From an uncultured Granulosicoccaceae bacterium (GTDB taxonomy: Bacteria; Pseudomonadota; Gammaproteobacteria; Granulosicoccales; Granulosicoccaceae): DNA of 40,849 bases. The DNA lies in assembly GCA_964593315.1 (NCBI GenBank), contig CAZQKJ010000001.1, positions 1-40,849 of the forward strand, read 5' to 3'. The notes under the pieces are model-generated. The model saw only the letters and a program-made list of their open reading frames with translations. It had not been told where the DNA came from and made no database searches. Numbering within the stretch: position 1 is the first letter of the stretch; each line of letters starts with the position of its first letter. Shown here in pieces: positions 26,282 to 34,762 of this stretch. The position numbers and the translations under genes are program-made.

Positions 26282-27478
26282 ATGACCGCTCATACTGACA
26301 ACAAATTCACTAAGCACCATAAGCACTCAGTTCACACTGAGCTTGCCCGATTCATTGAAAACACAGTTCTGCCTATCAGCCAAATGCAGGCGGAAGAATT
26401 CTGGAGTGTATTTTCCAGGGCACTTCAGGTTGTTGCAGACAACACACACTCGAACCTCACCGAGATACCATCAGCCTGCGTCAAGGGCGACAACAAAACT
26501 CCGGTACACACCTCCGACCTTACAATGAATGCAATAAGCCCGCGCTGGGGCAGCTTGTATGGCGCTTTGTACCGCGATGAGTTTATTCCTCACACCGCCG
26601 GGCTACGGATTGGCAACAGCGTCAATGTCGCCAGACGAGACAGGGTCGTTGGCTGTGCGAAGAACTTTCTGGACATGGCATTCCCACTGACCGAAGGATC
26701 ACACCGGGATGCTGCCGGCTATCTCGTGTACTTTAAAAACCTGCTGGTTATTCTCGCCGATGGCAGCACAACAGGCTTAAAGCAGCCAAGACAGTTCATT
26801 GGTAAAAACGGATCTGCGAGTGAACCCGAGAGCATTCTGCTTGAACACTGTGGAATGCGAGTTGAAGTGAATTTTGATCGCCATGGCATTATTGGCGAAC
26901 ACGATATTGCCAATATCGATGATATTCAGCTTGAAACTAAGAGCAACGCACTCACAGACTTCACCGCTACCACCGAGACTGAAAAGTGCGACTTATACAA
27001 GCACTGGTTTGAGCAGGCTTGTAAGACCCGTAGCAATGAAGAGTCCTCGACCAATCATAGAGCGATGCAATTACCAGAGAATAGTATCTGGGAGGTAAAA
27101 CTGTCAGGTGACACTGACACTTGCCAACTGGTTATGGATGACAACGGCAACCCTGTTCACAGTTCAATCGTTGATGCATTAGTCGCGGTATTTATCTACG
27201 CAAATAACACGCACGGAAAAACACATCTGAACATTTATATACCTGCCGGCAACGCAGAAATTAGCCCGACACACATAGAAAAGCTTGGGGAAATCCTGCT
27301 TTTAACTCAAAAAAATGCTAACGGCATCACCAAACAGCCCGCCCGCATTAAAGTTGTACCTATTAAAGTCGATACCGTGACACGCGTAGCTGACAGCTCA
27401 GTTCCGTATTGCTCTGTGAATCTGGATAACGGCGTTATCGATGCGATGGAACAGCATTTCACAGCACAAAACGGATAA
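26282..27478 (+). CDS. Malate synthase G-like protein, truncated (~398 aa) and lacking recognisable catalytic motifs
   Basis: Blocks align by eye with E. coli GlcB: RFIENTVLP..EEFW / RFVDEEVLPGTG..AAFW; SPRWGSLYGALY / NARWGSLYDALYG; FLD..FPL.EGSH; PRQFIG / PAQFVGY; ILLEHCGMRVEVNFDRHGIIGEHDIANIDDIQLE / [34 protein letters not shown]. The ORF is uninterrupted and lies 74 bp upstream of aceA with no terminator between them. I place the start at ATG 26282; the track uses TTG 26201. Confidence 0.7.
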   Translation: MTAHTDNKFTKHHKHSVHTELARFIENTVLPISQMQAEEFWSVFSRALQVVADNTHSNLTEIPSACVKGDNKTPVHTSDLTMNAISPRWGSLYGALYRDEFIPHTAGLRIGNSVNVARRDRVVGCAKNFLDMAFPLTEGSHRDAAGYLVYFKNLLVILADGSTTGLKQPRQFIGKNGSASEPESILLEHCGMRVEVNFDRHGIIGEHDIANIDDIQLETKSNALTDFTATTETEKCDLYKHWFEQACKTRSNEESSTNHRAMQLPENSIWEVKLSGDTDTCQLVMDDNGNPVHSSIVDALVAVFIYANNTHGKTHLNIYIPAGNAEISPTHIEKLGEILLLTQKNANGITKQPARIKVVPIKVDTVTRVADSSVPYCSVNLDNGVIDAMEQHFTAQNG

Positions 27479-27552
27479 CTAACAACTAATAACCATAACT
27501 GAAAGCAAACGCCGCCAGTTTTACTAATAGCTTTAATAACAGAGGTCTTTAC

Positions 27553-29151
27553 ATGAGTTCATATTCCAGTGAAATCAATAGCAGCGCCAAACTAATCTCA
27601 GCCAACGGTGACAGCTGGAGTGCTATCGATGCAGAATACGTTGCAAGAATGCGCTTACAAAATCGCTTTAAGACTGGTTTGGATATAGCGAAGTACAACG
27701 CTACGCTAATGCGTGAAGATATGGCGGCCTATGACGCAGACAATTCCAAGTACACTCAGTCACTCGGTGTGTGGCACGGATTTATCGCACAGCAGAAGAT
27801 GATCTCGGTGAAAAAACATTTCGAGACTACCCGAGGTAGTTATTTATACCTTTCAGGCTGGATGATCGCGGCGCTGCGCTCTGAGTTTGGTCCATTGCCA
27901 GATCAATCAATGCATGAAAAGACATCGGTGCCCGCATTGATCGAAGAACTCTATACTTTCTTAAAGCAGGCAGATGCAAGAGAGTTACGCCATCTGTTTA
28001 CCGAGCTGGATGATGCTCGCGCCGCTGGCAACGAAGTAAAAGCCAAGGCGGTAACAGACAAGATAGAGAATTTTGAAACTCACGTAGTCCCGATTATTGC
28101 TGACATCGATGCAGGTTTTGGTAATGAGGAAGCGACCTATCTACTAGCCAAGAAACTGATCGAAGCTGGCGCCTGTTGTTTGCAGATTGAAAATCAGGTT
28201 TCAGACGTCAAGCAGTGTGGACATCAGGACGGGAAAGTTACGGTACCGCATGAGGACTTCCTGGCTAAAATTAACGCGCTGCGCTATGCGTTTCTTGAGC
28301 TCGGTGTCGATGACGGTGTGATCGTCGCTCGTACTGATTCACTGGGTGCAGGTCTTACCCAGAAGATCCCGGTTTCACATAGCCCTGGTGATCTGGCTGA
28401 TCAATATAACGCTTTCATTGACGGTGAAGTCGTGACTGACCCTAAGCAACTCGGATCAGGTGATATCGTTATTCAACGTGATGGCGAAATGGTTAAAACC
28501 GCCCGCCTGCCGAACGGTTTGATTCAGTTTAAGCCAAATACTGGTGAAGACCGGGTTGTGCTGGATTGCATCACGGCACTTCAAAACGGTGCTGACCTGC
28601 TGTGGATTGAAACAGAGAAACCACACGTCGGGCAGATAGCCGGCATGGTTAATCGAATTAAAGAAGTTGTTCCAGACGCCAAGCTTGTTTATAACAACAG
28701 CCCGTCTTTTAACTGGACGCTCAATTTCCGCCAGCAAATTTTTGATGCATGGAAGGACGAAGGAAAAGACGTCTCGGCCTATGTTCGCGACAATCTAATG
28801 AGCGTTGACTACGATGATACTGACCTAAGCCGTGAAGCCGATGAAAAGATCCGTACTTTCCAGGCTGATGCAGCAAAAGGCGCCGGCATTTTCCATCACC
28901 TGATCACCCTGCCAACTTATCACACGGCTGCGTTGTCTACAGACACTCTGTCTAAAGGTTATTTCGGTGATCAAGGCATGCTGGCCTACGTGCGCAACGT
29001 ACAGCGTCAGGAGATCCGCAACGGACTGGCCTGCGTTAAGCACCAGGATATGGCAGGCTCCAATATTGGCGACGATCACAAAGAATACTTCTCTGGTAAT
29101 CAAGCGCTGAAAGCTTCAGGTAAAGACAACACCATGAATCAGTTCGGCTAA
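27553..29151 (+). CDS. aceA: Isocitrate lyase (long, Pseudomonas-type ~530-aa form)
   Basis: AGAGG SD is present. The product is near-colinear with my recollection of P. aeruginosa AceA (..YAARMR.QNRFKTGLDIAKY.., IADIDAGFGN.EATYLLAKK.IEAGACC.QIENQVSD.KQCGHQDGKVTVPH, ..NTMNQF). The catalytic KxCGH motif is present. Confidence 0.95.
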   Translation: MSSYSSEINSSAKLISANGDSWSAIDAEYVARMRLQNRFKTGLDIAKYNATLMREDMAAYDADNSKYTQSLGVWHGFIAQQKMISVKKHFETTRGSYLYLSGWMIAALRSEFGPLPDQSMHEKTSVPALIEELYTFLKQADARELRHLFTELDDARAAGNEVKAKAVTDKIENFETHVVPIIADIDAGFGNEEATYLLAKKLIEAGACCLQIENQVSDVKQCGHQDGKVTVPHEDFLAKINALRYAFLELGVDDGVIVARTDSLGAGLTQKIPVSHSPGDLADQYNAFIDGEVVTDPKQLGSGDIVIQRDGEMVKTARLPNGLIQFKPNTGEDRVVLDCITALQNGADLLWIETEKPHVGQIAGMVNRIKEVVPDAKLVYNNSPSFNWTLNFRQQIFDAWKDEGKDVSAYVRDNLMSVDYDDTDLSREADEKIRTFQADAAKGAGIFHHLITLPTYHTAALSTDTLSKGYFGDQGMLAYVRNVQRQEIRNGLACVKHQDMAGSNIGDDHKEYFSGNQALKASGKDNTMNQFG

Positions 29152-29175
29152 TACCGACCGTTGTGAGCACTACAA

Positions 29176-29205
29176 GGCGCAGGTTTTTACCTGCGCCTTT
29201 TTTTT
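29176..29205 (+). terminator. Rho-independent terminator of aceA
   Basis: The stem is GGCGCAGGT-tttt-ACCTGCGCC (9 bp, GC-rich), followed by T8 (29198-29205), 25 nt after the aceA stop. Confidence 0.85.
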
Positions 29206-29217
29206 ACCCTCTCAAAG

Positions 29218-30594
29218 TCACACCAAACCGTTCTGTGCCGTCATCTCACGCTCGACCTGACGCAGGCGCATTTTGAGTCTTATAAATAGCAAAATCGCCG
29301 CAACACTCAATCCAAGTATCAACCCACCCCAAAGACCTTTAGCGCCCCAGCCAAGGTGATGCGCCGAATAATAGCCCGCAGCAAATGCCACGGCCCAATA
29401 GGAAAAGGCATTGATCAGCATTGGAACTCGCGTGTCATTCATGCCTCGCAACATACCGAGTAACGACACCTGTGCGCCGTCCGATAATTGGAAAACAGCC
29501 GCCAGCGCCACAAGCTGTGCTGCAAATAGTCGCAGTTCAGCGTCTGAGGAATAGAGGCCAGTTAGCTGATAACGAAACAACACCAGCAAAGTAACTGTTA
29601 TAGCCGCCAACAGTAAAGTGATGACAAGACCGCTTGCAACACGTAACTTCAGCAGCTCGTACGAGCCCCTTCCGTAAACCCGCCCTACTCTCGCCGTCAA
29701 CGCAAAAGACAATCCGAGTGGCAACATGTAACACGCACCCGATATGCCAATAGCTATATTATGTGCCCCGGCTTCAAGCGTACCCAACATCCCCATCTGC
29801 ACTGCTGTGGCTGTAAACAGTCCGGCCTCGAATAACAGCGCCAGATAGATCGGTACCGATAACACCAGCATTGGCTTGATATCCTGCCAACGCGGCCATT
29901 CAAATTTAGACAAAAACTGGTAGCGCGAAAAACGCTTACCACGCAAATGGAACAGTAACGCTACCGCCATCGCAACTGACACTAATGAAGTGGCAATACC
30001 AATGCCTGACAGGCCAAGCCTGGGAAATCCAAACCAACCAAGACCTATAGCAAGATCGACCACAATATTAATACCAAGCCCCATCAGTTGGACCAATAGC
30101 ACACCACGGGTAAATCCTGTTGCCTCACACGCATTGCGACAAGCCATTACCACCGCGAAGGCAGGCAAACTTAAACTCGCAGGTAGCAAATAGCGCTGGA
30201 TTAACGGAATCAACTCACTATCGAGCGACCACGTTGGCAGTGTTGCGATCATCAGCCAGGTTAGCAGCATCGCAAATACACCCGTGGCAAAACCTATCCA
30301 CAGTCCCTGGGTAAATACCGAGCCAACAAAAGCCCGACGACGCTGACCAATAAGCCTCGAGAGTGTGGGTGACAACCCTGCCATTAGTCCGATACAGGAA
30401 AGCGATGCAAAAAACCACAGTCCGGCTCCGATACCACCTGCGGCAAGCTCATTTCTCCCCAGGCGACCGGCCACCAGCGCGTCGACTAATCCGTTACAGA
30501 CGTACAACAGCTGCGCAAGCATCAGCGGGGTTGCTAACAATAACGTGCGCTTAGCATCAAGCAACAAACGTCGCAGCGTTCGCCGGTTAATCAA
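29218..30594 (-). CDS. MATE family efflux transporter (NorM-like)
   Basis: The 458-aa product has 12 predicted TMs. The N-terminus ..LLLATPLMLAQLL....LVDALVAGRLG is typical of MATE proteins. Confidence 0.9.
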   Translation of the reverse strand: MINRRTLRRLLLDAKRTLLLATPLMLAQLLYVCNGLVDALVAGRLGRNELAAGGIGAGLWFFASLSCIGLMAGLSPTLSRLIGQRRRAFVGSVFTQGLWIGFATGVFAMLLTWLMIATLPTWSLDSELIPLIQRYLLPASLSLPAFAVVMACRNACEATGFTRGVLLVQLMGLGINIVVDLAIGLGWFGFPRLGLSGIGIATSLVSVAMAVALLFHLRGKRFSRYQFLSKFEWPRWQDIKPMLVLSVPIYLALLFEAGLFTATAVQMGMLGTLEAGAHNIAIGISGACYMLPLGLSFALTARVGRVYGRGSYELLKLRVASGLVITLLLAAITVTLLVLFRYQLTGLYSSDAELRLFAAQLVALAAVFQLSDGAQVSLLGMLRGMNDTRVPMLINAFSYWAVAFAAGYYSAHHLGWGAKGLWGGLILGLSVAAILLFIRLKMRLRQVEREMTAQNGLV

Positions 30595-30636
30595 TTGACA
30601 GGCATCAAGGTTGAATGATCAGTAAGGCGAGTTAAA

Positions 30637-31242
30637 TCAGGCAGGACGGGTTTTCATCAAGGACTCACGCTGTGCCATCCGTTGGTACCACTCTGCAAGC
30701 GCTGGAGCATCTTTACGCCATTCTTCATCCGGATTCCTGAAATCGAAGTAAGCAAGAGCAATGGCAATACTCAACGTGCCAATATCCGGAACATCATCAA
30801 AACCCACACATTCTTTCTCCAGTAGGTCTATGGTCCGACGACACTTGTTGAGCTGTGCGTCAACCCACTCCTGCCACTGCCTGTCCTCAGGTCGCACAAA
30901 CCCCTCATAGCGAACCAGAACCGCGGCATCACAAAAGCCGTCACCCAGCGACTGGCGCCGAAGGGTTATCCAACGCTGCTTTGCATTTTCCGGGAAAAGT
31001 GTGCCGCCAAAAGTAGTATTGAGGTATTCACAGATGACGCGCGAATCAAACAATGTATCGCCGTTATCCAGCACCAGCGCCGGGATTTTACCCAGAGGAT
31101 TATCCCCGTTCAGACCTGTATCAGGACTCACGGGTGTGAGGGCCACTTGCTGCAATTGTATCTGGTCTTCGATGCCGCACTCGTGAGCGACAACCAGGAC
31201 TTTGCGAACGAACGGTGATGCCGGATTATGATAGAGTTTCAT
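30637..31242 (-). CDS. Glutathione S-transferase
   Basis: The N-terminal thioredoxin-like domain is MKLYHNPASPFVRKVLV.., followed by ..GKIPALVLDNGDTLFDSRVICEYL and a helical C-terminal domain. Confidence 0.9.
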   Translation of the reverse strand: MKLYHNPASPFVRKVLVVAHECGIEDQIQLQQVALTPVSPDTGLNGDNPLGKIPALVLDNGDTLFDSRVICEYLNTTFGGTLFPENAKQRWITLRRQSLGDGFCDAAVLVRYEGFVRPEDRQWQEWVDAQLNKCRRTIDLLEKECVGFDDVPDIGTLSIAIALAYFDFRNPDEEWRKDAPALAEWYQRMAQRESLMKTRPA

Positions 31243-31360
31243 GCAAATCCCGATGCGTAATTCAATAACTGAGCGGGTCGCCCCGAAGGTTTAAAATTTT
31301 TCAGCAGCCGCCAGAGCCGCGTTAGAACAACTCGACAGCTAGTGTACATCAGAGACCAAT

Positions 31361-32024
31361 ATGTTCATCGTTATAATCGCATTATCATTTATCGGATCTG
31401 CATTGGTGCGCGCGTGGATGACCCGCACCTATGGTAATTGGAGTGCAGTACAAAACCAGGCTGGCATAGACGGCCATGCAGCCGCGCTGCCACATACTTG
31501 ATAACAATCAACTGACACAAGTAAAACTTGAAGTTTCAAAAGGAATGCTGACAGACCACTATATTCCGAGTCAAAAGCTCATACGCCTGTCACAGGATAT
31601 CAATAACAGGCCGAGTATCGCAGCGCTTGCAGTTGCCGCACACGAGGTTGGCCACGCCATACAAGACAAGCAGGGTTATGCCCCGCTAAAACTCAAAGCG
31701 GTAATGATGCCGCTGGCCGCTATCGGGAATCGCTTCGGCCTGATTTTAACCGTGGGTGCGAGCTTCATCGGTAGCGGTTTCCTGATCAATATCGGCCTGC
31801 TTATGATGTTACTCGGTATGCTGATGCCTGTACTGACACTGCCGATTGAATTCGATGCCAGTAAACGAGCGCTGCAGGAACTAACCAGATATAAAATGGT
31901 TAATGAAGAAGAGTACGCTGGTGCTAAATCCATGTTAACTGCAGCAGCGCTCACCTACGTTGCCGGTGCAGCATCTTCCATGGCAATAATCGGTCTGCTT
32001 GCCATGCGATTCCTCCGAAGATAA
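31361..32024 (+). pseudogene. Zn-metallopeptidase (YugP/Zn_peptidase_2 family) interrupted by a +1 frameshift
   Basis: Frame A runs from ATG 31361 and encodes MFIVIIALSFIGSALVRAWMTRTYGNWSAVQNQAGIDGHAAALPHT*, ending at TGA 31499-31501. Frame B (the track ORF from 31476) continues with ..HILDNNQLTQVKLEVSKGMLTDHYIPSQKLIRLS....AVAAHEVGHAIQ... Joined, the two pieces give the canonical family N-terminus (TM helix, then G.TG.E.AR.IL..N.L..V.I....LTDHYDP, then HExGH). The shift lies near 31485-31492. Confidence 0.65.
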
Positions 32025-32087
32025 CTAACCACGCATAAATAAAGACTGATACCCGATGCACAGCAGCGATTGAATACCGGTAGAGCC

Positions 32088-33383
32088 ATGAGTGAAGAAG
32101 AGTTATTAAGCGCAATGTTTCAGGCAGCAGTCGTGGCAGCACAGCCAGAAAAAGCACTGCCGCACTATTTGCCCGAGCCACCGGTCGGTCGCACGATTGT
32201 TATTGGCGCAGGCAAGGCTTCTGCAGAAATGGCTCGTGTTTTCGAATCTCACTGGCGCGGCCCGGTAGACAAACTATCCGGCCTGGTAGTCACCCGCTAT
32301 GACTATGCGGTGCCCTGCGAAACTATAGAGATAACCGAGGCGGCCCATCCGGTACCGGATCAAGCCGGTGAGATAGCGGCAAAGAGGATTCTCGATCTGG
32401 CAACAGATGCAACAAAAGACGATCTGATCGTATGCCTTATTTCAGGTGGTGGCTCAGCGCTGCTATCGTTACCGGCAGTGGGTCTGACACTGGACGACAA
32501 ACAGCAGCTTAATCGGGCACTCTTGAAAAGCGGTGCAAATATTCGCGAGATGAACTGCGTTCGTAAACACTTATCCGGCATCAAGGGTGGTCGACTTGCA
32601 GCTGCAGCGCACCCCGCCAGGCTCGTGACATTGATGATTTCGGATGTGCCGGATGATGATCCTGATGTCATTGCGTCCGGACCGACCGTGGTTGATCCGA
32701 GCACCTATCAAGAGGCGATTGAGATCATCAACAAGTACGCTATCAAACAACCAACAGCTGCAATCGAGCATCTTAAACACGGCGCTGCTGGTGCGCCGTC
32801 TGAAGACAACCGTTATAGCGAAACCCCGAAACCCGGAGACGCAAAACTTAACGCCAGTGAAGCACTGTTAATCGCAACCCCTCAAATGTCGCTCGAAGCA
32901 GCGGCCGATGTAGCCAGACAAAATGGCATCACACCCGTAATTCTTGGAGACAGCATTGAAGGCGAAGCCTCACAGGTTGCGATGGTACACGCGGGTATCG
33001 CAAAGCAGGTTGTCCGTCACGGCCAGCCTGTCCCAAAACCCTGTGTACTACTATCAGGGGGTGAGACTACCGTCACTGTGAAAGGCAATGGCCGTGGTGG
33101 TCGCAACGCCGAGTTTTCACTGGCACTGTCACAGGCTTTAAATGGATTGCCTGGCGTATACGCTCTGGCGGCAGATACAGATGGCATTGATGGCACCGAA
33201 GATAACGCTGGCTGTATGGTAACTCCGTCTACACTAGAGCGCGCTTGCACATCAGGACTTAACCCGGGTTCCTACTTGCAGAACAATGATGCTTACCATT
33301 TTTTTGATCAACTGGGTAATCTGCTAAAAACCGGCCCAACGCTTACCAATGTCAATGACTTCAGAGCCATTCTGATCACATGA
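32088..33383 (+). CDS. Glycerate 2-kinase / hydroxypyruvate reductase family protein (DUF4147 + MOFRL)
   Basis: Motifs read: VIGAGKAS..MA, LISGGGSALL, and SGGETTVTVKGNGRGGRNAEF. I place the start at ATG 32088; the track uses TTG 32070. Confidence 0.9.
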   Translation: MSEEELLSAMFQAAVVAAQPEKALPHYLPEPPVGRTIVIGAGKASAEMARVFESHWRGPVDKLSGLVVTRYDYAVPCETIEITEAAHPVPDQAGEIAAKRILDLATDATKDDLIVCLISGGGSALLSLPAVGLTLDDKQQLNRALLKSGANIREMNCVRKHLSGIKGGRLAAAAHPARLVTLMISDVPDDDPDVIASGPTVVDPSTYQEAIEIINKYAIKQPTAAIEHLKHGAAGAPSEDNRYSETPKPGDAKLNASEALLIATPQMSLEAAADVARQNGITPVILGDSIEGEASQVAMVHAGIAKQVVRHGQPVPKPCVLLSGGETTVTVKGNGRGGRNAEFSLALSQALNGLPGVYALAADTDGIDGTEDNAGCMVTPSTLERACTSGLNPGSYLQNNDAYHFFDQLGNLLKTGPTLTNVNDFRAILIT

Positions 33384-33423
33384 ATATCGATACAGTGCGA
33401 GACTCAACTATGGAGCAAACACT

Positions 33424-34356
33424 ATGACCAGTGACAAGCTGGATCAGGAGATTGCAACGTACCTGACTACTGTGCAAGAAACATTGGCAACAGCACATCA
33501 CTTATCTGTACCACAGATGCGTGAGACCTTTCACGAGCTACGCATGGCTCCCGGAAACCCTGCCGACGTTCATGAAGTAGCTGATATAGAAATACCTGCT
33601 CCACACGGCGCTATTAAATGCCGGATGTATAAACCGTCCGCTGATAATCAGTTACCCGTTCTGGTGTGGTTTCACGGTGGTGGCTGGGTACTGGGTGATC
33701 TCGATAGTGCAGACATGACTTGCCGAGATCTCGCATCCCAATCGGGCTGCATGGTGCTATCGGTTGATTATCGCCTGGCACCTGAACATCAGTTTCCTGC
33801 AGCTTTTAATGATGGACAATGTGCACTGGAGTGGATTTCCAAAAACGCCTCATCTATTGGAGCTGATCCATCTAACATTGCAATTGGCGGGGACAGCGCC
33901 GGTGCGAACATTGCGACCTGTGTATGCCTTGCATCCGGCGATATGTCGCCGGCAGTAAAATTCCAGCTTCTGGTGTACCCGGTGATTGAAGCTGACTTCA
34001 ACAATCAGAGTTATCTTGAAAACGCAGACGGCTATTTCCTGACTCGCAATCTGATGCAATGGTTTTGGGATCACTACGTGCCTGAAGCACACTTAAGAAA
34101 CGATTCCCGGGTATCACCTTTATCTGCACCGCTACAGAATCTTCCCGATGCATGGGTGATGACAGTCGACTTCGATCCCTTGCGTGACGAGGGTATAAAG
34201 TACGCTAAGCTGCTGAAAAACGCCGGCGTAAAGGTCACAACCACCACTGTGCATGACGCGGTTCACGGTTTTTTCACTATGCCGATCAAAGCTGGCGCTG
34301 CCGCTCGCTCCAATGCAGCACTGCAACTGAAGAACGCATTAGTGCATCAATATTGA
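33424..34356 (+). CDS. Alpha/beta-hydrolase esterase/lipase (hormone-sensitive-lipase family)
   Basis: The oxyanion motif is FHGGGW. The nucleophile elbow is GDSAGAN. The catalytic Asp lies in DPLRDEG and the His in HGF. Confidence 0.9.
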   Translation: MTSDKLDQEIATYLTTVQETLATAHHLSVPQMRETFHELRMAPGNPADVHEVADIEIPAPHGAIKCRMYKPSADNQLPVLVWFHGGGWVLGDLDSADMTCRDLASQSGCMVLSVDYRLAPEHQFPAAFNDGQCALEWISKNASSIGADPSNIAIGGDSAGANIATCVCLASGDMSPAVKFQLLVYPVIEADFNNQSYLENADGYFLTRNLMQWFWDHYVPEAHLRNDSRVSPLSAPLQNLPDAWVMTVDFDPLRDEGIKYAKLLKNAGVKVTTTTVHDAVHGFFTMPIKAGAAARSNAALQLKNALVHQY

Positions 34357-34361
34357 TACAG

Positions 34362-34524
34362 ATTGTATCATTATATGAACAAAATCACAGAATCTGGATG
34401 GCTGAAGGTGCATAATATTTCATCAGCTGCACACACAGCTTCAGACCCAAATTCTCCAGAGCCGTTGACGGTAGCCCCGTTGACCAGAAAAGACTGTTCT
34501 CGTAACAGTCTTTTCCTCTGCCTG
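34362..34524 (+). repeat. Noncoding module A of a head-to-tail duplication (candidate sRNA gene or regulatory leader)
   Basis: The module contains: a 29-nt box at 34362-34390; GCATAAT at 34410-34416; the hairpin AGCTG-cacaca-CAGCT at 34425-34440; and a conserved core at 34444-34524 that ends in a hairpin plus T4. It is paralogous to 34590..34762. Confidence 0.6.
34488..34514 (+). terminator. Terminator-like hairpin of module A
   Basis: The hairpin is AAAAGACTGTT-ctcgt-AACAGTCTTTT. The stem is 11 bp but has only 3 G:C pairs, and the A-tract and T-tract are part of the stem. It would be weak as an intrinsic terminator. Confidence 0.35.
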
Positions 34525-34589
34525 ATCGATAATCATTCTCTCGCAGAGCACTGGCTCAAAAGCTACTACTTGTAAAGAAAATGATACGC

Positions 34590-34762
34590 AATGTATTATT
34601 ATGTGAACAACATCACAGCATGAATACAGTAATCAGGGCATAATTCAATCATCAACTGAAGGCAAGCATCATCTGCCTTCCGGACCCAATTCTCCAGAGC
34701 CGTTGACGGTAGCTCCGTTAACCCGAAAAGACTGTTCCTGAAACAGTCTTTTCCTCTGCCTG
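34590..34762 (+). repeat. Noncoding module B of the head-to-tail duplication
   Basis: The module contains: a 29-nt box at 34590-34618 (25/29 identical to A); GCATAAT at 34638-34644; the hairpin GAAGGCA-agcatcatc-TGCCTTC at 34658-34680; and a core at 34683-34762, about 91% identical to 34444-34524. Confidence 0.6.
34726..34752 (+). terminator. Terminator-like hairpin of module B
   Basis: The hairpin is AAAAGACTGTT-cctga-AACAGTCTTTT. The stem is identical to copy A, while 3 of the 5 loop bases differ. Confidence 0.35.

Noticed and set aside
27553-33383. Isocitrate lyase and a MOFRL glycerate 2-kinase lie ~3 kb apart. This could be a glyoxylate-to-glycerate assimilation module compensating for the degenerate malate synthase.
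   Set aside because: A strong terminator follows aceA. A MATE gene and a GST gene on the opposite strand, plus a frameshifted peptidase, separate the two. No glyoxylate carboligase or tartronate semialdehyde reductase is present. Adjacency alone is too weak.
34362-34390. The conserved 29-nt box contains ATCATTAT, which resembles part of a Fur box. A Fur box would fit an iron-regulated PrrF-like sRNA pair.
   Set aside because: Aligned with the 19-bp consensus GATAATGATAATCATTATC, only about 10/19 positions match in copy A and fewer in copy B.
34444-34524. A glycine-riboswitch-like string (GGCTCTGGAGAA) appears on the minus strand of the repeat core.
   Set aside because: Only the CUCUGGAGA fragment matches. 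The ACCGAAGGGGCAA and CUCAGGCAAAAGGAC cores are absent, and no gene lies downstream in that orientation. I also compared the core by eye with the TPP, SAM, fluoride, guanidine, ZTP, Mn and c-di-GMP motifs I remember and found no match.
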